Assembly (NCBI GenBank): GCA_051362555.1
Contig: CM120646.1
Span: 20,274,001 to 20,338,000 of the forward strand
DNA length: 64,000 bases
Direction: 5' to 3'
Source of the DNA: Lingula anatina
Lineage: Eukaryota; Animalia; Brachiopoda
The notes below the pieces were generated by a model. The model was given only the letters and a program-made list of their open reading frames with translations. It was not told where the DNA came from and made no database searches. This document shows positions 53,901-64,000 of this stretch, piece by piece; positions within the stretch are counted from its first letter, which is position 1, and each line of letters opens with the position of its first letter. Made by a program: the position numbers and the translations under genes.

Positions 53901-56900
53901 TTTTCTACAGTGAAGCACCATGGACTTGTCGAAAAATTCCTCGGATTACGACAGAAGTTCGAAGCATCTTGAATCTTCTCGTCCGGAAAAATGCTTGCGT
54001 CTGTCATATTATACTGACGGACTGATGGGGAATCCCAACGTTGACACTTCTTTCCAGACCTGGTGACGTCACGGTGACCTTGATAGTAAGCCCCGGATGC
54101 TGTGACTTTGCAGTCCCGTTCTGTTATAAAGAATATATGGAAATATATGCCATGTTTTTGAAAACCCTGATATAACAGTGAACGAGTAGGTTTTGCATCC
54201 ACGTTTATTTAAATAACGCCAGTAAGCTACATTAGGATAATATTTTAAAAGTTGGTCATTGAATGATGCAATGTGCAGATCACCAGAAAGAGTAGCAAAT
54301 CAATGCTTGTATTTATTTGATATAATATAAATAGATAACTTATCTGATACTTAAATTGGAGAGATAAGTGTGGCCTCACCCACCGTCCATACATTTACAA
54401 AACAAATTGGCAAATAATAATAATAATAATAATAATAACTGATGACCTAGATTCGCCCGCGATAAACAATTACAACATAACATAGCTAACTCACCCACAT
54501 TAGAACACACGTCAATATACACGTCATCTATTGCAATAGTGCTGCGCGGGCCTCTTCCTCCATGTCCCTCTATAATAACCTGTTGGTAGATTTAAAATGA
54601 AATAATTAATTTAATCAAATAGTGTATGTAATGTATACATTACATTTATTCCAAAGAAATAAATATAAATAAAAGAAGAGGGTTTATGTCAACTAGGTTT
54701 ATCAAAGCCATTGACCGTGTGACTTAAACATTTAGTGGTAAAATATTTTACTTGATGTTTTGTTAAGCATGATTTCTTGTTATAGAAGGTATACATATAT
54801 TCCGATTACCAAAACTCGACGCTCTAGAGCTGAAGCAACAGCAAAACATGTGTGGCGCATAACTGTCCTTGTTTACAAAAAAGGTTTACATATATATATC
54901 CATGAAATACTTTGTGAAAACTTCACCTGCAGAAGCGTGCGAGAATGAGAAACGAGACTGATCATTTACAAAAGATATGTACCTCATAAAGTCCAGGCTG
55001 TATCTTTCCAAACGCCCTCTGCCATCCAAGACCCTGGTTGCGCTTTCTCCTCCACACCTCTTCCTTGGTGCCATCGGGAGACTGGGCGTATATTCTGAGA
55101 TACCCCACCTCTTCCCCGAACATATGATAAAACAGCTGGATACAGCGTGGGTCTGTAGACTGGATCGTAGGCGATCGGAGACGTGCTATCCTATTCGGCT
55201 CGTTCAGGTACAGAAAATGGCCTGTAAAATCAACGAGTTTGAGAAGTCAAAAAGCGATTCTCTGCTGGAAGAAAAACAGTTTCTGTATCAGTGCTGACAT
55301 GTATATTAAAACACTTTGGAGATTGTGGCACTTGCCAGGTAAAGATGCATGCACCAGTTTTCCTTGCGACATAGGCTTACCTTTGCCAGAGGTGTGGTCA
55401 GCCAGTGGACCAGTCCACATGCCCAGTGTGCTTCGACCTTGACCTCTCTCCCAACCCGCATCGTCTTGCAGGAAATTGCACAGGTCCTTGTCAAAATCAC
55501 ATTCCGTTGGCGTTTCATCTAAAGTAGAACAAAAGGTTGAAAACACACGGTGGTCCAAAAACCCATTTGGTACTTACTTTCAGTCATTAGTGTAGTAAAT
55601 GTTAGTTATTTACAATCCAAATTACTAAGATTTCTTTGTACTCGTAACGACCCCTAAAAGAAAGGATTGATCCATTTTTAGAAACAAGACCCACAGCTGG
55701 TGTTTGTGAACGCGCTCACCGTCACAACGAATTCGATCATAGTAGTCCTCTTGCTGACTGAACACAAGATCCACTCCTTCGGTTCTTTCGTTCAGAGCAG
55801 TTATCTTGCATTCTTTTAAGTCATTATCATAGACGAATGAGTTGCAATTCCACTCAGAAAATCGGAGGCAAGCTCGTTGGCAAACACGAGATGGCACACG
55901 TTTTATAATTCTATAATTGATGTCGTCGCCACGGCGCTTGAGTGTCCTGTCCGTCGTGATTTTGAAACGGTCTCTACATCCGGGACCTGGGAAAGGAAGT
56001 CAGAAAAAGAAAACAAAGTTGACTAAACCAAACTCTTTTCGTGCCGCAAAAGATCGATGCCTTAACTGAAAGCGTTTTAAGTAACTGAACTAGGTTTAAT
56101 GCACATAATAAATATGTGTGTGTGTGTGTGTGTGTGAAAATACAGAATGTGTCAAGTTGTATAATTTTCACCTCTGATAATGGGTGTATAACAGCACTTA
56201 CTAGTACATTTAAGTATATACACTAAGTATTATCCCATCTCAATATGGTACTAGTTACTATATGCCGTCAACAATCGTTTAGCGACCCTATCATTATACA
56301 CTCTCTCTATTGTATTTTCCACCGCATTAATCGCAGTGTAATCTTCAAATGGTCCACGGGGTAAATGTACACATTCTTAATCCAAGTACGGTATGACATT
56401 GTTTGGTCATAGCCTTTGTAAAATTGTGCTAGAACTAATAAAGATTATTATTATTATAATTTATGAGTGAGGACCTTTCTATATGCAAAGGATGACTTGA
56501 TTTTTTCACAATTGAAAAAGAAGGTGCGTAAAGTATGTAACTCAGCTTGTGTTGCCAAAAAATGTGTAAATCGTGATACAAATTGTATATGCAATAGACT
56601 GATATACATAAAACATTAACAATTAACAAAGAAAAATATATTCGATATCAAAAATTTGTAAAATGCCGGTAAATGACATTTTCCGCGATTGACTTATCAT
56701 CTATTCGTTTTTGGCACTTCACTAGTGATATAAAGGAGCGATTTTATTGCATAAATAGTCTACACGTGTACCACGTGCATCGAACAGTTTATCATGCGTT
56801 AGCACGATAATATATACTTGTTAGCATATTTACAGATGAACTTACTTTTGTAGTCATCTTCCGTTTGCCAGAACTTTGTGTAGAAATCATGGATGCTGTC

Positions 56901-58706
56901 ATACAGTCCCAAGTCAAATGTCGCCGTAGTCCTGATATTTCAAAAGATGTAAAAAATATAGATAAACCATCGGTATCAAACAAAACCCAGTAGGAAAGCG
57001 TATCTAGGTATGTTTGCGATTGCATGTGCGTGCATATAAGCATAGTCACTTCATGTTTATTCTTATACATGTATATGCACTCTATTTTTGCTAACAAAAA
57101 GTTCAAGAACTTGTTTGCACATATGTGAGTATATGCATATTCGTGCTTGTTTTTGCTGAAACTCCAAAATTCCACCCAGTATCACTTGATCTACTAATGT
57201 GCACTGAAAAGTGGCAAAATATCCACGTATATACATGTAAGACCAATTAGGACTATCAAGGTCTATTCATCAACTCACAAGTCATTTGGAAAACTAATAA
57301 CGAAAAAACAAATTGTCCATGTCTTCACAATGACAACCAATCATTTATATTCAACCCAAGTCGAGTCAACCAAAAAAGAAGAAAATTGCCGCAAACGTCC
57401 TTCACCTCAGGGGATTCTGGTTGCATATGGTCACGGCGGGGAAGTCTAGGGACTCACTGTATATCACTTCTACATTGACCACCTTGGGGTTGGTCATGAA
57501 GTAGGCAATTCTGAACCCGGCGATAGTGCAGAAGAATATCGTAGCGGAAAGCACAATAAATGTCCAGATTATTCTGAAAAGATTTAATGAAGAGAACATG
57601 GTTAGATTCCATTAGCATTTTAGTCGAATTTAACACCCCATTTCCAGAGATTAGATCGATCTACTTTAGATCGACCTAACTCCCTGGGGGTTCACGCTAA
57701 ATAGCTGTCAGCCGAGCGGACACGAAAGTTAATTACCCCCTTACAGGTTGAAGTAGGCGGGACGAACATTTAAGCCGGATTATCTGACAGTAATCTAGTG
57801 AGACTCCCCGCGGGGATAGATCGATCTAAAAGCTCTGGGAATACAGCCTAAGTCGACTTTGACCAAAGAAAAATCAGTAGTCTAAATAAATTAAAGAAGG
57901 CTATAGGCGTAGGGATGAGGTAGATTACGGTTCAATTTGATTGAGCGAATACCTTCTTCTTTGTAAGAAGAATTATTAATGTAGAATAGGCTGTACCCAC
58001 TCATATACTAGTATTCAATACTCACTGCAGTATTTTTAACTGAAAGATGTATTTTACTTATGCCCCGATACAGCATCATGTCTGCGGTGATATTAGTAGT
58101 GTAAACATATTGTCATCCCTGTGACAACTGCATTAATCACTACAATGTCAAAGAAATAACATTTTCCTTATTTGCTTGTAGCTGGCCCTGTCGTTGCATA
58201 TAAACACTTTTGTAACTTTGTCTCCATAGTTCAGCTTTGTTTCGTCTGTAATTTCATTTTGTATATGTTGATGGAGCTTGAAATTATAGCATCACATTTA
58301 TCTACAAAAAGTTGTCATCAAATTGATTCTTTACACATCATGTGTGTAGCAATCATCGCGTAATGCAGACAAAATAATTATCCTCCGTGGCATTTGTCCA
58401 TGCCAATATCCAGACAACAGAAAGAATAATTTTGATAGCTCAAAACTGTCATCTACTTACGTACGAGTTCATCAATAGAATGTTGACACATTTAGACGGC
58501 ATTATTAGGTATTTAGAGTTACAGTGCCTACTCTCACACATTTAGATTTCCATTTCCATTTCCATTTTATCTATACATTTATATATTTAGTGTGTGTGTG
58601 TGTGTGTTTGTGTTTCATGTACATGTTGGTACATGTAAGTGCATTTAACAATAGGATCGGCAATACAAAAAACTGGAAAGGAACAGACCAGACTCTCTAT
58701 CATTCT

Positions 58707-58753
<47 letters not shown>

Positions 58754-60288
58754 CAATTCAAGGTATTGCACTTAAAACAAATTTCCCAAGGGATTTGAGC
58801 TGCTTTAATCAGCTGTGTGTAATTATCAACATATCTTTCAAATGCAGCAATACATGAAATCCGCATTAAAACACACCCTTCTTCTAACTCTACATCCATT
58901 ATTCCTGAAGAAAACTGTTAAACTAGCACGTGCATGTACAAATTTAACGTAACTGGAAACTAACAAAAAAAGTTCCACCCTATATCTAACTCCGCTTTAT
59001 CCTCAAGCTGACTTTGTACATCGTTATACTGGCAATACCAATGACCTGTTACTTTGATAGCCGCCCACTGAAAAATTATATTCAACTGATTTTGCGAGCT
59101 TGTGAGATTTGGCGAAAGAAATATAATATTCTACAACTATTTTACAGTCATTTAGCCCGGCACTTCTTGTTGCGTTTGACAACTAAGAGGAGTGTTGTGT
59201 CTTAACAAAACAAAAAACAAAAAACATAAAAAAAATGCCTGTTTGATACCCTGACTATACATGTACATTGTACGACCCTTCCCAGGAGTTGGCTTGCGGC
59301 CATCTTCACTTAACCAAATTGACACATGCATCACACATTTCATCATTACCCGTATAATTGTGATGTTTATTATGACATTACCACTCCCTGTTATTGATTG
59401 TTAAAGGATAACAGAGCGAGTTCCATGTTAATAGATGATTTAACACAGTCGGAGAATTAACTGATATAAACTTATTTAAATGAGCTTGTTTTACACTACG
59501 TGCCATCAAGAAATCTCAGATCAGGTGATCAGCTTCTTCTTAAGGCTTATAAGGCAAGACTAGTATCATGCGGTGATAAAGCTTTTAAATTTGCAGCACC
59601 AAAAGAATGGAATATTTTACCCATCAGTCTTAGACAAATTGTGGACCCTGGACATTTTAAAAAGGAACTAAAAAAACACCTTTTTAAACAATATTATCTT
59701 TAAATTCTTGAAAAAACACGTCTTAAGAAAAACTGTTCTTAGTCATAGTTTTAGTTAATCCTTTTCCTTTTTTTCATCTTATAAGCATTAGCAATATTTT
59801 TCTTTTAATTTGAATTTTATAATTTTTGTAAAGTCTACTGAACACATGTTGGATTGTAGACTATAAATAAATATTATTATTATTATTATTATAACTGATC
59901 TGGTGGCACGCATAGCAAATCGGGTTATATTTTGGCATACATTTCCCAAATACAATTTTTTTTTATTCGAAATCACTGTCCGCTTTACGCCCTGCCTAGC
60001 TAACTCAGTTTGTGATATTAATATGCACTTAACAAATTTTATTAAATTATCTATTTATAAATTAATTAATTACCTTGTGTGTTTATTCAAAACTCTTTAT
60101 ATATGCAAGAAATGTGCGTTGCATGTACCTTTACTTAACCGGTACAATGGCAGAATGTAAAGCATGATGTGTAATAAATGAAATAAAAATGTGGTTTTAT
60201 CGCTGGGCATTATTTGTCTTTTTTAAAATTAAAATTAAATGGTACTCAAATACAGACAAGGTCAATAAATATAAAAAAATATGTACAC

Positions 60289-60325
<37 letters not shown>

Positions 60326-61093
60326 GAAGAAAAAAAAACGTCAGCCATATTTTTGCACGTCGAAATAGTCTATATTTTGTGTATTTTGCTCTGCAGGACA
60401 GAAATGTTTGTCGTACGCCGCGTTGACCCATGTCATGCTCTCTTTTTAGTTACAACTGCGACAATTTAGATAATATGAACAGAACAGTGTCTCTAAGTCA
60501 TATAAAGCTGATCATATTAGAAATCCACATTTATTTAACACCCGAAGGTCGCGTTTATTACCCTCTAATATTATAAGAGAATGTGGGAGTATGTTGGTTC
60601 GAAGTCCCAAGGAAATGCACGGCTAAAAATACATTCGTTGCATTGTTGCGTTACATTTGCACTGAACATAATGTAAACACTAAAACGTTTTCTTAAAAAT
60701 TTGTAGTGTTGTAAATGTAAAAATCTATAATGCCTGGACTATATTCTAATATCTTGGGCGGGTGTATAAAACAAACGTCGCTTACCTGCGGAGTGAATAG
60801 CGGGTCCTGAGCGTGATATACCGAACCCCATGGAAGGTCGTTTCCTGGGTGAAATCATACAGCAACCTTCTCCAACTTGGACCACCCTCCTCTCGTGCAT
60901 CTGGGAAAACGACAAAACTTTCCACTAATTGACCCGTTATACAACAACAACCTTTAACACCCCCTAACAAAACACTCCTGCATTAAATGCGCTTTACACT
61001 GTGGGCGTAAAACGAAAAATACATCTCAAGATGAGAATATTTTTCAAACATTTCTGGTAATCTTTATACGATATACTCACTATCGCCTGACAT
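28857..61093 (-). CDS. Copy B: complete 40-exon DEG/ENaC (ASIC-family) channel subunit with a PAN-MAM-kringle-LDLa insertion in the ectodomain, ~2793 aa
   Basis: Hand-spliced exons, all GT..AG and phase-compatible: 61081-61093, 60786-60900, 57406-57573, 56846-56931, 55720-55986, 55381-55518, 54983-55221, 54495-54579, 53863-54120, 53390-53491, 50154-50303, 49621-49998, 48710-48820, 48002-48208, 47211-47552, 45002-45154, 44380-44622, 43669-44034, 42967-43230, 42401-42511, 42052-42195, 41663-41823, 41089-41359, 40330-40593, 39971-40087, 39386-39643, 38811-38924, 38299-38409, 37127-37624, 35953-36066, 35510-35635, 34672-34741, 34261-34385, 33816-33898, 32946-33044, 32597-32765, 32227-32283, 29914-31432, 29428-29519, 28857-29050. 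The sum is 8382 nt, divisible by 3. It begins MSGDNAREEGG and ends ...TFETPFA*. Confidence 0.85.
29914..31432 (-). CDS. Copy B exon 38 (1519 nt): end of thumb ([14 protein letters not shown]) plus long helical knuckle-region insertion
   Basis: Extends the 439-aa ORF 29910..31229 upstream in frame to the acceptor tatag|; donor GC|gtaagt. Confidence 0.88.
31556..31688 (+). repeat. Minisatellite, ~33-34-bp unit x ~4
   Basis: ttttgaacgaacgggaatctgttttgttaaaa(t/c)a repeated head to tail without spacers. Confidence 0.9.
31724..32104. mobile_element. Second copy of the TTAA-type MITE at 16148-16534
   Basis: Shared blocks such as gacatgccaagggataaactgaatagatca and gcagaaaaatccgttcaaacatcattt. Confidence 0.7.
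32227..34741 (-). CDS. Copy B exons 32-37: DEG/ENaC palm, beta-ball and thumb
   Basis: [19 protein letters not shown]...[11 protein letters not shown]; [17 protein letters not shown]...[15 protein letters not shown]...GFTVAPG; PHGTC...[21 protein letters not shown]; [13 protein letters not shown]. Most of these small exons are absent from the ORF track or appear there in another frame. Confidence 0.92.
34928..35414. mobile_element. Shorter MITE related to the 8151-9821 element
   Basis: TA-CATTCTTGGTCAAAAAGGTTGTCCC ... TTTTGACCAAGGGTG-TA termini; internal similarity to the ~9370-9540 region. Confidence 0.65.
37763..37804. repeat. (TA)n microsatellite
   Basis: About 20 TA units. Confidence 0.95.
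38954..39243. mobile_element. Small MITE in copy B intron 26
   Basis: TATCCCGCACG..AAA / TTTTCGTGCGGGATA inverted termini; internal CTACTGC/GCAGTAG repeats. Confidence 0.6.
44380..44622 (-). CDS. Copy B exon 17: kringle 2, lying between the two halves of MAM4
   Basis: [12 protein letters not shown]...ACKPW...[16 protein letters not shown]...WDYCRNFC; phase 1-1 exon. Confidence 0.85.
49420..49528. mobile_element. ~110-bp MITE specific to copy B
   Basis: CCCAGCAAACAC ... GTGCTTGCTGGG termini; empty site in copy A at ~7592. Confidence 0.6.
50508..52795 (-). mobile_element. Degenerate non-LTR retrotransposon (LINE RT) in copy B intron 10
   Basis: Frameshifted ORFs with [35 protein letters not shown] and YKYLG. 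The 3' end has AATAAA plus a (TTA)n tail near 50510. Absent from copy A, whose flanks join directly near 10250-10280. Confidence 0.92.
55720..55986 (-). CDS. Copy B exon 5: PAN/apple domain
   Basis: CRDRFK...[27 protein letters not shown]...DYYDRIRC follows the PAN pattern C-x3-C...C-x-SF-x-Y...C. Confidence 0.85.
57406..57573 (-). CDS. Copy B exon 3: TM1 and FPAVTICN motif
   Basis: [57 protein letters not shown]. Confidence 0.95.
59466..59891 (+). mobile_element. 5'-truncated CR1/L2-type LINE 3' end with (ATT)n tail and 8-bp target-site duplication
   Basis: YVPSRNLRS...[17 protein letters not shown]...[10 protein letters not shown]; TAACTGAT repeated at 59458-59465 and 59892-59899; empty site in copy A near 19882. 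Confidence 0.85.
60786..60900 (-). CDS. Copy B exon 2: DEG/ENaC N-terminus with pre-TM1 HG motif
   Basis: [31 protein letters not shown] matches the family F..xT(T/S)xHG motif; bounded by cag| and |gtaag. Confidence 0.92.
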
Positions 61094-62091
61094 TTCAGCC
61101 AGTGAAATAATCCCTCTATATCATCCAGCTGGCTGTCAGATTATTTTTATTGCGCATTTACCTGTGTCATTCATAATTGATGATCTAGAGACAAACTCGG
61201 GACTTATGGTTTCAAATTGATGGAGAGCACTTGTCGCTAATGGACCGTACATTTAGCGAGTCACTGATGGAAATTAATATCAATTTACTGTCTCACACTA
61301 ACATGTCCCCTGAGAACCTGGTCCGAAAAATAAAAGTACCCGAGACGACTTCGCTATTTAAATTCGCCACTGTCTTTTTGGGACCTCAATTGGAGCGGTA
61401 GAGTTTTGTGTGTGTGAGTAGCGGGGGGCGGGGGCGAGGGGGGGGGGGAGCGGTCTCCTGTGGTCAAAAGCCGGTCGGGGCTGGGAGTGAGCTGCACAAC
61501 CCCTACCTATTAGGACAGGGACGTAGGCTTCCTCTACGTGCTGACAGCCCATTACAAGAGTTATCTCTCTCAGTGTTTGACGGGTGTTTACGGTCGCATT
61601 AAGCTTACGTCGACCTCATGTCTGATATCTGCATTGTTTTAACGATTCCTTAACAACTGTCTTAAAAGTTCCATTTTCCATTTCTTTTAAATATGTGTTT
61701 TAGTCACTGTAGCGCATACTGGTACAAAGAACGCACCTTGGTTAACTTAATTCCACATATAGTCAATGAGTGAAAGTAATCGATCCCGAAAACTTTTAAA
61801 AGCACTGCTTATCTAAAACTGTTTATATGGAACTCACAAGGAATATACGCAAAATTTATCTAACACCGTATATATATATTTATTGACGTTCACATTCAAA
61901 GGAGATTATTTTCTTGCGTCTCAAATAGGCTTATAAGTTGGTGTGTTTTAAATGGTGAAAAAAAACACAATGATATCCAACTTTCCATAAAAAATTGAGT
62001 AATTCGAATTCACTCAAACAACCATGAAACTTGCCAATGTACTAAAAAAAATAATCCCGTCGCACAGAAAATGGACAGAAAACAATCTTAA

Positions 62092-62402
62092 AAGGATAAC
62101 AACTGTTCATTTTGCCCATAAAATGAATTTCCTGGGGTAACGACAGTTTTCGCATACTTACCAGTGGTTAATGAATCCATTTCTACATTCAAAGTTAGTC
62201 CCTGTTTTTTGTCTAAAAAGTTTTTTTTGTTAAAATCTCTTAAGAGAGTATGGAGGTCACGTTGTCTGATGACAAGCACATATTTCAAAATAATTACTAT
62301 AACTGCTGTTTTTGTGGTAAAATATATATTTTATATTTCTATGAGTTGTTTACAATGTATTCATTGTGAAATATAGATCTCATACGAAGAGTTGTTATCC
62401 CT
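62092..62402. mobile_element. Second copy of the 20119-20455 MITE family
   Basis: Shared interior (tggttaatgaatccatt..tacattcaaagttagtccctg) and shared right end acgaagagttgttatccct-TTAA. Confidence 0.72.
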
Positions 62403-62921
62403 TTAAGTAAATGTCCACTGCAACCCTATGTTATATTCACAAAACTTTGTAATATCCCGACTTCACTGGCTGTTGAAAATAAATCTACATGTGACAGTGT
62501 AGGACTCTTAACATAATGTAAACACTAAAACGTGTTCTTAAAAATTTGTATTATATCTCCATTGGCACCTCAGTCCTATTCACGCCACCATTACCACTAG
62601 GAGTCACACTTTATATCACGTGGCTAAAAAAAGTAACTGTAACTTCAAAGTTCACCAACATCAACATTGCACATTGACAGGTGTTAAAACTGTCAGACAC
62701 CGGCACCTGCCAGAAGTCACATAGGCCTGCATGGCACTTTTTGGCTTAATTTTTTTTTACTGTGTGCCAAAATTAAAAAAGATTGAGTCATGAAACTTTC
62801 AGCATTCATTTACAACATCATTTTCCCTAGAAGCCTAAATTTCATTGCAATATCTTCATAACTGTTGAACTTTGAAATTAGTAGCATTTTTTGAGACACT
62901 CAATATAATTGTTTTTAAATT

Positions 62922-63754
62922 TTATCGTCGTTTACTCCGTGTCCGGGCGGGTGACAGAGAGGAATCTACTCTCAAAGATTTTCTGGGAGACGCGTGTCCC
63001 TGCACTGAGCCACGGGGGGAGGATTGCAAAGCCATTATCTCCTTAGTCAGTGTTTCAACCTCCATTTGCAGGCTGGCTGCTTCCTCCCTACTGGACTGAA
63101 GTTCTAGCAGAACTTCACTTTTGTCCATTTTAACGTTTTTCAGCTCGTCCTCCAGACACTGTATTTCGGCGGAATATCCCCGTGCTTGATTTTCCATTTT
63201 TACCCTCTCATATTCGGCGGCAGATTTGAAAGTTTCAAATTCCATTTGAAGTTTCTTTTTTTCACTGCGCAGTTCACGGATTTGTTCGTCGCGATCCGCT
63301 AAAAGTTCTTCAATTTTCTCCGACAATGGGAGTTTATTTCGGTTCTCGTTCGGAATCTCGAGGTTCATAATTCGGTAACAGTCGGCAACGCGCACCTCGT
63401 TTTTCTCCAGGAGATGTCGAACAGCCCGGATGTAAATTTCCAAAGCTTCCAAGTCGTCTGCGGAATCATTCACCCTGTTTCTTTGTTGTTCAGTATCCGA
63501 GTCTCCGAACCGTCCACACATTTCACGAACTTTGTTCTTCAGCTCTGGGAGTAGTGCCTCATTCTGCGTCTTAGTGACTCGGAAGAAAGACTCTTGTCGC
63601 TCTCGCAGCCTCTTTTCTTGGGCCAGTCTCTTGGTCAAGGCGTCCTCTATGCCGCTCTTGGCAAATTCGGGGATCCGTCTGTATCGGTCCTCTCGCCACA
63701 GCTTTGAGCAGAAGTCTATGACCTCCTGACGAATCTCTGGATCTACGTCCCTTA
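62922..63754 (-). CDS. Probable terminal exon of an upstream, unrelated coiled-coil protein gene
   Basis: Open frame of ~277 codons after the acceptor ttttcag| at 63755, E/K/R/L-rich with heptad character (KIEELLADRDEQIRELRSEKKKLQMEF...), ending in a TAA stop. Family not recognised. Confidence 0.7.
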
Positions 63755-64000
63755 CTGAAAATGATAGCAAGTTATTAATTATAATACGAGACATTGCTCC
63801 TTAGTTCAGAGAGAAAAATACAGATACTAAAGTACAATGTACTAGTAGAAAAATATCGCTGCATAGTAATAATGCATACATCAATTTCTTCTTTTTAAGA
63901 ACGTTTATATCTTAAATTACAGATTATATCAAATAAAGTAATATGAATAATAAGCCCTGACCAAAGGTCTTGTTTTGATAAACTCGGGAAACTAACCATT

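Noticed and set aside
40330-54120. Kringles as plasminogen-type lysine-binding sites
   Set aside because: The canonical D-x-D plus R/W arrangement is not intact in those inspected (NPDAKP, NPDLRK, NPRNFS), so lysine binding is not supported.
35953-55986. The MAM/kringle/LDLa exons as an independent gene (MALRD1-, plasminogen- or apolipoprotein(a)-like) nested in a channel intron
   Set aside because: Same strand as the channel, no start or signal-peptide exon, no stop-containing last exon, no protease or TM domain, and phase-compatible joins at both ends. The 5' join is repeated in copy A. Disfavoured, but only cDNA can formally exclude it.
62922-63794. Coiled-coil ORF as an N-terminal extension of the channel
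   Set aside because: It ends in its own stop codon and has no counterpart upstream of copy A.

Overview
AT-rich, intron-rich animal (metazoan) genomic DNA, probably a marine invertebrate; a lophotrochozoan origin is my inference only. The window holds two tandem, head-to-tail, minus-strand paralogues of an unusual gene. I traced copy B (61093->28857) by hand as 40 GT-AG coding exons in one frame-consistent CDS of 8382 nt, about 2793 aa. It encodes a complete DEG/ENaC (ASIC-family) channel: pre-TM1 HG motif, TM1, FPAVTICN, palm/beta-ball, Cys-rich thumb and TM2 with the GAS filter. About 1820 aa of secreted-protein modules (1 PAN/apple, 6 MAM, 5 kringle, 7 LDL-receptor class A) are inserted in its extracellular finger region, and a further ~450-aa helical insert sits in the knuckle region. 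Copy A (21546->beyond base 1) has identical exon sizes and phases for the 22 exons visible. The introns carry copy-specific retrotransposon fragments and TA- or TTAA-flanked MITEs. The last exon of an unrelated coiled-coil gene lies at the right edge. All exon calls are manual and lack transcript support.
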